The position numbers and the translations under genes are program-made. Shown one piece after another: positions 14,701 to 29,447 of a stretch of DNA of 64,000 bases. Location of the stretch: assembly GCA_030704615.1 (NCBI GenBank), contig CM060732.1, positions 40,238,001 to 40,302,000 of the forward strand. The letters are read 5' to 3'. The stretch is from Takakia lepidozioides. Lineage: Eukaryota > Plantae > Bryophyta. The notes beneath the pieces were generated by a model that was given only the letters and a program-made list of their open reading frames with translations, was not told the DNA's origin and did not search any database. How positions within the stretch are numbered: the stretch's first letter is position 1; every line of letters begins with the position of its first letter.

Positions 14701-16555
14701 TTGTCTCCTACTTGAAGCTTCATCCGAGCAAGAACATGCTTTTGGTGGTAGAGGAGGTACAAATTGGACGGTTCCAGTCCACGTGTTGTATGGTGAGAAA
14801 TGTTAATTATGTTCTTATTATATGTGAACTGCGGAGTCTGGATATGGCATCACAGGCCAAAGGCACGAATTGATAGACCGTGAACCCTGTTTGTGTTAAA
14901 GATCTTACGCCTTTAAGGCCACAGAGGGCGTTAACTTATATGCATGCATGTTTCCTCGTGGGCTTTCAATGCGAAACTGCGGGTGCCAGATTTTTTCCGA
15001 TGGGTTTGGTGGGGGAGGCGTTGGTTCACCAGTTTGAGTCTTGTAAGGCGCACATTTAGAAGTGCAGTGTGGGGTTAAGGTGGCATTTCTAAAGCCAAAC
15101 TGTCGAAGTGCACCAACGAGAGATGAAGATAATGGGCAGCTGTTAAATGTTACAGAAAATGGAGTGAGCAGTTTCGGTGTGATGGTGCGAAGTTGGAGAT
15201 ACGGGTGCTGTTGCCAGTCGTAGATGATGGGGGCAGCTAAGTGCACGTCATGTAAAAGTAGATGCACAACATGCAGCACTGTTTGTTTCCCTGCAGAGCC
15301 CCCAAGATGTGCAGCTGTTCGTCCTCTATGGTGTCACCACTTGTTTGGGTCTTGTTTGTTTCGGTCTGATACTATACCACCAGTATCAGTTTTGTCTCAT
15401 CCTGGGTCTAAGAAGGTCGAATACATGATTGCCAGCCCAAGGATTAACACTCAGGCAATCCTCGCGGGGTTATCGTTGTGAAATTTATGAAGTTTCTGAA
15501 TTGAAAGGGAAGGGAAGGGAATGGAAATAGTGCTGAGCAGCTGATGCAGGAGCTCATTAACACCTCACCATTACTGCATGTAAGTAATGCCTTGATTTTC
15601 ACCAGTTACCCCTGGCACCTCCATCCTAATGCATGCCAGGGAGGTGAGGCACATGGCCTTGCCTGTCTCTCTTCCTTTCTAGATGGACACAATATCTGCA
15701 ACTGCCCTTCATGCGGTGTGATCCCCCGGAATTAGTCACGAGCATCAAGGATAGAAGTGGTATGGTGGAAGATACTAGATACCAGTCTCTTGGTGCATAC
15801 ACATGTGACTTATCACTCAAAATGGATCATTGAAGAACTCACCTTCCTCGAGGAGCACCTTTGATGGCACATTGGCATCAAATTGTCTGAAGGTGATCTT
15901 CCATACAAAGTGACTGGTCTGAGACGGAGTAGGGGCTTGTGTGGACTTAAGTAGGCTGTTTGTGAAGTTCTATTAGAACTAAACTGGGTGGATTTACCAA
16001 TCTGCCAGAAATCTAAATTAAGCACACGGTGACGCTTAAGTGTTGCAATGGATAGCCAAATGGCCTCACATGCAAGACATTTAGGGACTTGAGTGGGGTA
16101 CAAGAGTTGATCCCCTCATTTCTAGGCTCTAAATTGATCTAATGTCAGTGAAGACCTGCAATAAGTGATGTGTTCTGTAATACAATCATGTCTCACAACA
16201 AGTGAGTGAGGAGAACACATCCGGCATGTATTAAGGCATGTAGTAAGCCATTGGAACCTTTGCTTCAATACTGCATATGGTCCCTGGTGTCATCAATATA
16301 TTTGCATATATATTCTCAAGCAGAGGATCACAAACTATTTTAAGAATTAGCATGTGCGATCAAATTTACCAGACTGCATGGCATACACTGGCTAATTGGA
16401 ACCATACATCAACAGATGGAGAAACAGCTTTGATGTTATCTCATGTACTTTCTCCAAGCTCACCATCTAAATACATTGCAACTGGCCTATGAGACATGCC
16501 TGATCTAGCCATCACTACTGCTACCAAGAAGTATGTACAAGATCTATGCAGAGTC

Positions 16556-20203
<3,648 letters not shown>

Positions 20204-21239
20204 TCACTTACGCACCCATTAATGATCGAAAGATTCCTTCGATTCACCTCTCCTCGATCATCAAAAAACCGCCAACACACATACTACTTCCGAAACTCTC
20301 TCGATCTTTCACCTGCACTGCTCCCCCTCTGGAGGCTTACCCTGCTTCAGGCCATGAGTGCCTATTCCTTGCAAACACTTGCATCTATGAAAACTGGAGG
20401 GGGAACTAGGCCGAAGCACGTGATCAACAGCTAATAAACAAATCTCAGTCCCCATCCACTCACCAACCCATGCCCTGTGAACACGATTCACGTGGCCGGG
20501 GTTTTGGGGTTGGATCCTTGGATGGCCTCCCCCAGAACGGTCGACAGTGTCAATCTCCAAAATCTACGTGCTTATCATCCTCATCACCGCCATCGCCACC
20601 TCCCTATCGATGGCGTAAGCTAGCTCGCAGATCCCCAAGTCCAGTTTCCAAGATCCGCGCTGCCATCATCGCTCAAATGTTGGATCCACATCGATTCTCG
20701 ACAATTGCTCCTCCATCCTGCCAACGTCATTCCATCACTGCCGTCTCTTATCCACGCGGTCTTCGCGCGGGGCTCTCCAATCCGCGAACTGTCTGTGAGA
20801 GAAACAAGGTATGGATGTAAGAGGCATCTAGGTTAGGATCTTCGAATATCGAAGCACAATCTGTTAGTTAGCGTAACTTACTTACGCAGGTTTCAGCCAG
20901 TGTCCTTCCGTCCTTTCTCTCTCAACAACTAATATCTTCCCGAATTCTGACCGGATAGAAATTCCGGTGCAACCATAAAACACAAGCAAATTTTTTTCTT
21001 TGTAATTCAAGGAGCCTCCCTTGCCGCAAGGTTCCCCCAATTTACGGGAAGTACCTTCCGCTTTTGGAAGGGTCCCCCAATTTGCGGGAAGTACCTTCTG
21101 GGTCCCCGATTTGCAGGGCAAGGAGCGAGAAAGAAAAATTTCCCAGTTTTTCACGTTTTGCCCGTGCTCTCAAATTCAGGAAGGGCCTTGGGAACGACCC
21201 TTCCCTAATACTGAAACTTGTCAGAGAGCTTTCCGATAG

Positions 21240-21950
21240 CACCTGCCCGAGCGTCATAAATAAACAAAGTGCATCTGCCCGAATCTTCGCCCCCTTTGAT
21301 GGCAAGTGGGGGGCTTGGTCCCGCAAGTACATAACATAAAAGATTCTAAAGCGCGGGATGATATTCTCCGACTGGGCGTGGATGACGTTGGCCCAACATC
21401 CAGAGGGTTCAGGCCACCTATTTAGAGAATGCAATAAAGGCCATAACTTACTTGAAAAGATTCCAAAGCTGTTTAGAACGGTATGGGGGGTTTTGGTGGC
21501 AGCTCTTTCCAGGTGTAAGAAACCAGGTCGTTGCAGCATTTGACAACTCATGGGGAAAAGGAGGGTTCTTCTGCAGACGGATTTCAGAGTCAAGAATTCA
21601 ATGGTTCGAAGACATCTCATCTGTTGGCAGCTCCATAGGAGCCAAGCTGTCCCCACTCGAGGGACGTCAACTGGAGGCACAAGAAGAGCCTTAGAACGGT
21701 TGTCGTTTGAAGCACCCAAAAGGAAACGGGGTAGCTCTTAATTTTGCTGAGCTGGTTGATGCAGCCCTGGTTTCTCTATGCTTTCTTTTCTGAACTGGAT
21801 CTTATTTATTCTTAGATAGGCTCTGGAGCTAGTATACCCCTTCTTGTTAGTTTCTCGGCTGGTGCTTTATTGCATTTCCCCTGCTGCTAGATGTTCATTT
21901 GATTAGTTCTTCTTGCCATGACTGTATGATGAATGAGCTGCAGTCTGGTG
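21240..21950 (+). mobile_element. Degenerate L1-type LINE 3' fragment, interrupted by the CACTA at 21960
   Basis: Translation QVVAAFDNSWGKGGFFC resembles the C-terminus of the L1 at 55101-56201 (LLQAFEHSWGKNNMLG). Confidence 0.45.
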
Positions 21951-21959
21951 GGGTGCACT

Positions 21960-23150
21960 CACTATAGGAAAAGGGGGGGGGTTGCGACGTCGCAGCCACA
22001 CCGCGGCGTCGTAAACCCTTTTCGGGCAGGGGAAAAAACCCAAATTTGCGACGCCCGTCGCAAGGGCGTCGCCAAAAAAACGTCGCAAATTTGCGACCAA
22101 TGGGGGTCGCAAATAGGCGAAACCGCGATTTGCGACGCCCGGGCGTCCAAAAAATAAACAAAAAAAAAAAAAAAAAAAACCTACTCTGCAATGCAGAATT
22201 AGCACCGTCCGGGGGTCGCAAAGTGCGACGCCCGGACGTCACAATTTAATGGGGTACATTTGAATTTAAGCGGGAAAATTTGAATTTCAAAAACTTGTTG
22301 ACCATTGACTCCGGTTCTCTCTAATGACGTTCATTGTTCTACATACATCATGCAATGCAATGCGTACTTGAACCTAAGACCTCCACGTTATAACATTTCT
22401 AAAACACTACAAATTAACCAACACACCTATGCTACATCTATGTATCACAAAAACAATCTAAATATATATATACAAATATAAAGATTTCATTCAAGAACCT
22501 TCAAGTTCCTTCTAAGGGGGTCGTTCTTGTGACGCCGGGGAGTTGCAACCTCCACATCCTTAATGCCCAGCCCTAGCCCCAGCCCCAGCCCCAGCATCAT
22601 CGCCGTTGTTGCACCCCCCCCACCGCCAGACGCCCTAAGCGACGTCTTTGTAATGACCTAAGTTGACCACAACACCATTGCGACCTCTTGTGGCGACGCC
22701 ATTGCGACCCCATAGCATCGCAACGTTGGGCGTCCCAGCGCGGGGCGCCCCTAGCGACGCTTTTGTGAAGTTGAGGGCCGCAAAGTCCAAAAAAAAAAAA
22801 AAAATTCCCACTATGGTGATGCTGTTGCGACGCCCTGGCGTCACAGAGGCGCTGGGGCGCCTTTAGTGACACTTTTGCAACGCCGAGGTGTCGCAACGTC
22901 CCAAAAAAAATTAAAAAAATTAAAAATTCCGACGCCGGGGCATCGCAAGAAAAAAAACCGTCAAAGTGAGGGCCCTCTTTCCCCCTTCATACCACCTTAC
23001 GACGGCTGGGCGTCGTAATGGTGTCGCAGCGGGGGATTGCAACGTCGAGGCGTCGCAAACAAACGCCGCGGGCTCGGCGTCGCAGGCTCAGCGCCGTGCG
23101 GGGCGTGGGGACGCAGCTGGCGTCGCAAACCCCCCCCATTTGCTATAGTG
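21960..23150. mobile_element. Non-autonomous CACTA element (1191 bp)
   Basis: Left end CACTATAGGAAAAGGGGGGGG(G)TTGCGACG. Right end reverse-complements to CACTATAGCAAATGGGGGGGG..TTGCGACG. Perfect 3-bp TSD ACT (21957-21959 and 23151-23153). Dense TTGCGACG/CGTCGC subterminal repeats in both orientations and no coding capacity. Confidence 0.93.
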
Positions 23151-24559
23151 ACTCCATGTTGGGTTCTTGCTTCTGGTAATGCCCCAATCTTTGGGGTGAA
23201 AGCTGACCAAAGTATTTGCTGCTATGGTTCTTTCACACTGCTTCTGCATTTCCCTTTTTTTTCTCCCCTCTCTTTAGAACTGAAGGCTCGGAGTGGTATC
23301 TCGGTCCTCCGCCTTATGGCTCTCTGTAAGGTTATTGTTTCTTTACCTCTATTAACAAGCGGCTAGTCGCGTAATGGCTCCACCCTAAAACTCTTAAGTA
23401 CAAAATTTCCTTAAAATGTTATATTAAAATAAAATAATCACATTTAAGCTACATTCAAACATGTTTTGCATAAGAAGTGTCGTTCCTCTGTGGGAGATGA
23501 TTGAGTGGTGCCCTTAACAAATCTGATTGAGAGAGAGAGGGGCAGAGAGGGGAAAGGGAGAGGTGGGAGGGTTGAATTATTTATTTATTCCTTCATAAAG
23601 CAGGGGATAGAGCCCCTGGTAGAACTTATTCTAGCGACGACCAAAGGTCGGAAGCTAGTTTAGCGTAGAGCAGGAATAGGGGGCCATAGTGCCACGTTTT
23701 CGTCGTCATGTCATCATCACCATGTCATCGTCGTCGTCAAAAAATTTATATCTGCCCGGACTGAACGCCCGAAAAAACCCCAAAGCACCAAGTTTTTTCG
23801 GAGCATGCCCGGATTGCACGATTCTTGAAGTTCTTGAACTGCAAGAGCTCTGCATTTTCCGCCATTCGTTCACCTTGCAAACTTGTCTTGGCTCTTGTTA
23901 GTACCGTAGAGGTCGCTCTATTCCGACATTAATTAATTCACTTTAAGAAAGAACGAATATTTTAAAATTCTGCCCTGGGAGTAGATGAAATATGGGAATA
24001 ATATTCTCTTTTTTTTTTAACTTTGAAAACAAAAGGTGGCAATATGGTAGTGAAAACATCAAGTTTGAAAGGAAAAAAAAAAATACAAAGTTTGAGACTT
24101 ATTAAACATGTTTACCACTAACCATAACTATGGCTTGCCAGAAAGTTATGGCTAACCATAACTATGACTTGAGATAGAGAATGTCAACTGTACATGAATT
24201 GATATGGCCCACCTAATTTAATGAGAGGTAACCATGAGTGCCGAATTCCGAAAAAATTGGATGAAGCCTGAAAAAAAAAATTATTATTGGCAGTAGGCCT
24301 GCCGAACCTGGTGACCTGCATGTATTTAATGATTTCGGCAGGGGTCCGTCGAAATAAAGCGGCCTCTATAATACCACGAGTTGGTATTCTTCCTGCTGTT
24401 TACAAGGTACTTGGAGGTTATTTTGGGTTGATGGTCCGTCAAATCCTCCATGGGTCATGACACAAGGTCAAGGACAATGTGGTGAGGCACCTTCTTCTTC
24501 GACTTATTTCAGCCTATTTTGCCCTCTTATCAGACTCGGCCCTGAGATGCATATCGAAT

Positions 24560-24869
24560 GCAGACCAGATCACCTTTACATGTGTCCGTGGGCTTAGTGG
24601 AGGAAGGTCGTTACTACTTTGATTCCATGAGTCAAAATCATAGCCTTGCTCCTACGATGGAGCATTTTGATTGCATGGTGGACCTTCCTGGCCGCGCAGG
24701 TCGAGTGGAGGAGGCAGAGGACTTCATGAACAAAAAGCCAATCGAACCAGCTACTTCAGTGTGGCAGACGTTGCTTGGTGCTTGCAGAATTCATGGCAAT
24801 GTGGAGGTGGCAGAAAGTGCTGCAAAATGTCTTTCTAAATGGGATCCACAGGATGTTGTCGTAGTATGA
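24560..24869 (+). pseudogene. PPR (S2/E domain) gene fragment
   Basis: GLVEEGRYYFDSMSQNHSLAPTMEHFDCMVDLPGRAGRVEEAEDFMNKKPIEPATSVWQTLLGACRIHGNVEVAE. Truncated at both ends. Confidence 0.9.
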
Positions 24870-24934
24870 CATCATTACTCTCCTGAAAATTAACGTGCAT
24901 CTGCAAAATGAAAGACTCTTTGCTGCTGCAGGTC

Positions 24935-25320
24935 GTTATTCAGTGGTACAGCAGGGTATGACTGTGAATAGGAAGAAAAAACTTGTCCAGTTTGCCCTTG
25001 TTTTCCACCTCATTGCTCAAGGTCATCCTTTGACAGATTATGAGGCCATGGAAGGTCTGCTTTCATTCTTGAAGGTACCTCACAATCCTGCTAAGCACTG
25101 GTCTGACTGTTTAGGGTGGAAAATGGCTGATTCCATGCACGGGGTTGTTTTGAGGGCCACTGCAGAAGCTGTGGGGGCTTCTAAGTTCATCTCCATAAGT
25201 GCTGATGAGGTTACGACCATTGATAATCATAGTTGGTTATCTGTTCATGCATATGTAGTTCAGAATTGGGGACGGATTCCAATTTTACTTACATTTGAAC
25301 GTGTTCATGAATGCCATTAA
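24935..25320 (+). mobile_element. hAT transposase fragment (ZNF862-like plant type)
   Basis: KKKLVQFALVFHLIAQGHPLTDYE...KHWSD..GW...FISISADEVTTIDNHSWLSVHAYVVQNWGRIPILL includes the first catalytic Asp region. No TIRs seen. Confidence 0.8.
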
Positions 25321-26583
25321 TGCCAATGAATTCCATTGCCCTAACTCCACACATACACCTACTGGGCCCTTTGGAGGCTCACATAGTAGCATTCTTGTCC
25401 ATCGCAATACCATACGAGTATTGGGTGGGTATCCTATTTGTTGAGTATATCAGGATATATTGATATATATATACCCTGGTGTGGCAAGTTTAGCTACTTG
25501 GATGGATACCCTTATATTAGGGTATATTTTGTTGATATACCCTCTAGGGGAAGTCACTCGGCATCAATTCCAAACCATGTGCGATAAAACATAGGATCCA
25601 ACAAATTCTTGACAAATAAAAATTCTAAGAGATTTATTTTTAACAAAAAATTGTGGTATTATGAAAATTATATTTATAAAAAAATAGGGGTACTTCTTTG
25701 CCTTTGTGTTACAAATTGCTTTAAGAGAATATATGGGAAGAAGAAGAAAAATCGGGGGGGGGGGGGGGGGGGAGCTATGATTCCCTTCACCATTACAATT
25801 CCTGATTCATGAGCTAGGATTACCTTCACCATTATGATTATTGTCACTGTAACTTATCAGCCAGAGAAAAACTTGTATGTGTTAGATAGCAATGATGCAG
25901 ACACAGTGAATGAGATTGTTAAGCGAACGACAGTAGGCCATATTTGCCTGAATAAAGTTCATGTATTTTGTTGTTTGTTGTGCATGTGTTGCTACTGTCT
26001 TTTTTTTCCCGTTCAAATTGAACTTTATATGATACGTTAAAGTAAATTTGGGTGCTAATAAAATATAGTATTTTTTATAACTCAAAATAGGGTGTCTACA
26101 AAAAACCCGTATTATAAAATTATGTAATGTAAGGGTACCAAAAACAAAACAAAACAAAACAAATAATACCCCCCCAACTATATACCCTTTGTTCGCAGAT
26201 GGTAACAGAATTTTACAACAAGTGATCTCCTTGGGTATACCCTATCCTTATATTTACCCCGCATCAAGAAGTCCAATATACCCTATTTTTCTGAAGGGTA
26301 TATGCTAAAATGAAGGGTATGGTCTAATCAGGGTATATAAGGTAACATAGCCACAGCGGTAGCATTCGACGGCGATAGCATAGCAATCGAGGTGACATTT
26401 AGCATGGAGGTACTATTTAGGGAATCTCACCCATCTAGCAAAATCTAGTAGTTTTTTTTTCTATGCAGAATAAGGGAGGGATTTTTTTGGAACATAAGAC
26501 TAGTGCCCTACGACCTTTATGTGCTATGTCTTCTCTCTTTTTGTTGTATTTTTAGGGAGCCTTCAGCTGTAGAAAGCTCCAAT

Positions 26584-26809
26584 CAAAGAGGTCCATGGTG
26601 ATATCGTCAAAGCTGGAATAGTACCAGACATCATTCTGAACACTACCCTGGTGGACATGTATGCCAAATGTGGGAGCATTGAAAATGCACAGGGGTTGTT
26701 CGACAACATGGCTGAACAAAATGTGTTCTCATGGAACGCGATGATTGCAGGATATGCACAACAAGGACGCAAGATGGAGGCTTTGGAGACCTTTGAGCAG
26801 ATGATGTGG
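26584..26809 (+). pseudogene. PPR pseudogene, 5' part, interrupted by CACTA insertion
   Basis: KEVHGDIVKAGIVPDIILNTTLVDMYAKCGSIENAQGLFDNMAEQNVFSWNAMIAGYAQQGRKMEALETFEQMMW runs directly into the CACTA TIR. Confidence 0.92.
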
Positions 26810-29447
26810 CACTACAAGAGATGAGCGTTTTTAGGACTACGGGTTTGGCGGAGTCATAAAAACTGCACTAGGTACATGACTACAGAGCGCTGAAATGCAT
26901 TACAGTTTTAGTTTTATGACTTTGTAGTAATGGATATCACTACATGACTCCGGAAAGTTAGGGAGCATTGGTCAAACATTGTTGACCATGATGACAGGGA
27001 TGGTTTATATGACTAGTGTGATATGTTTGACTACACGTGGACGACGTTTCATGGAATCTTATGACTCCATGACTGAAGATGGTTTCAGAGCTCTATTTAT
27101 ACGACTACATCACTACACATGTCATTTTGAAGGCACATATAATGCAAATAAGGTTGCCCATTAGGTTTAAAAAAGTTAAAAAATTTGCTAATAAGGTTGC
27201 CCATTAGTGTAATCGTGAACAGAAAGGAGGGCTGGGACTTGGCGTCTTTTTGTCTCCTGCGCCACATCACATAACTGAGGGATGGAACGCGATGATAGCA
27301 GGATATGCAGGGGCGTGGGATGGAGGCGTTGAGCAAATGATGCACGAAGAAGAAGAGGAGGAGGAGACGAGACGAGGACAAGCGAGCTCGCCGTTCTTGG
27401 GAGAGTCAGCTTGGTCTTAGCAAGCGTGTTTCAATCTCTGACTACTCATCTACACCGTAGTGGTTCGATCTGACAGACCAATCCGACATTACCTGATTAC
27501 AGACACAAGCAACACACACAAGAGGTCATCGGTCAAATCCTCCATGGGTGAGGACAGGTCAAGTACAAAGTGGTAGGGCACCTTCTTCTTCAACCTATTT
27601 CAGCCTGTGTTGCCCTCTCACCAGACTCGGCCGCAAGATGCATATTGAATTCTGTAAGTTAGGTCGTTGGGTACATCTGTGGTGGTTTGGAGTGACTTTG
27701 GCAAGTTACTGCCAGTGTGGCAGCAGGGAAGTATCCAAAAACATATAATAGAGGTGAGGAGAAGCTTTGGGGTGAACACTTTCCGACCCCAATGGTGGGA
27801 CAATGGAGACAAAAAGGCGAATGCCTGTTGGACTACAAAAGGAAGCATATGCATTTCAGATTGTGATAAGTAGGGTTGGGGTGTTTTGGGGATGAACTCC
27901 ACACCAGTATGGTTGGGGTGTCTGCTGGTAGAATTGTAGGCTGTCAGAGGCATGGATAGCTGAAGGAGCAGGGATAGAGTGTGGGTCCACATTCATCCAA
28001 GAGGGCTGGATTTCAAGCTCCACATTACCTATGATTCCCTGTGGAATGATAGGTACAAGAAACCTACATGGGTAGATGGTCAACTGGAAGCGGCATGCTG
28101 TACTATATGTCATTACTGTACTATATGTCATTCCAGAGACTATCATTGTTGGTCCATGTGTTTTACAACAATGCTATCAATATAAGACTCCTGGTTCGCA
28201 TTGGAAGCTCAATCCCTGCAAGTTCATTGTGTGTGAAACTCAAACTTGCGATTTGAAGGATCTTGTAGCCAAGTTCATTCAACCGAAAAGGACTAATTCT
28301 GAAAGCTCCCAAATTTGATGTGGGCAAGCTTATGGAGGTAAGACTTAGCTTCCCTCCTCTAATGTAAGTGTTGGATAAGTTTCATTTAGTGTCGACCTTC
28401 ACTGCATATATTGGCTCTTTTCTTGGCTGGTTTCATATTTTCTTGGCTGGTATGCTGTTGGTTGGCTTCTTTCATTTCACGTGTGTAGTGGAAGGGGAGA
28501 AGTGCTTTCCTAAGTTCTGCTGCAACAATGTCTTTTTCCAGCCTAGATGTTTTCGATGGATACAAATTGAAGTGCTTTGAATGTTGCTGCAATACTATAA
28601 TAAAGTGGAGGGTGCTGAATGCAGTTGGTCTTGCTTCATGCAGGCATAATCCAGGGAAATGTGGACATAGCTGAAACCCCATGATAGCATTTCCAGAGGA
28701 CGGTGTGGATGGCCTCACAATCCAGCATGCAAAATCCATGACAATGTGGAGCTGGCTGAATGGACAAACAGGTTAAGTGGCGAACAAGCCACGTCACTGG
28801 TACATAGTTGCATGCTTACATAGTACATGAAAACGTACTATATGTCATTCCCGAAATTGACCATGTTGGTCCATGTATTTTACAACAATGCTATCAATAA
28901 AAGACCAATGGTTCGCATTGGAAACTCTATCCCCTTAAGTGGCTTGTGCGTGATGCTCAAACTTGTGATTTGAAGGATCTTATACCCCAGTTCATTGCAG
29001 AGGTCATTGGAATAGACATTGAGAAGGCAACAACCGTTATCTATAATCTACAGATCCCCTTCAATTTGATGTGGGAAAGCCGGCTAGCTGGAGGTCTAGT
29101 CTCACTTTCACTCATCTAATGTCAGTGTTGTATCCATTGCAATGTGGAGATGTTTGAAACAACATTGGAGCATTTCCAGAGGATGGTCTGGATGGCCTTT
29201 CGTGGCGTGTGCCGAATCCATGGCAAGAAAACATTGCAGGCAGAACCCATGGCAATGGTACCAGCACGGGTTGGTCCAAAGCCAATTGCAACAACAAATG
29301 AATAAAGGGTGCTGAAAGGAAAGCACTCCATAATTGATCATAAAATCCAGTGTCCAAGCATGATATCTTAATGGGAATGCGAAGGGAGTGTTACCACCTT
29401 AAACTATCATGCATGGTCTATAATTGGAATGCACAAATCGCGCATAT

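Noticed and set aside
15540-16103. Cys-containing minus-strand ORF pieces, possibly a piggyBac-like relic
   Set aside because: Similarity too vague, and no TTAA/TIR or catalytic motifs identified.
21895-23366. Many overlapping ORFs in the ORF track
   Set aside because: Artefacts of the GC-rich repeats of the non-autonomous CACTA.
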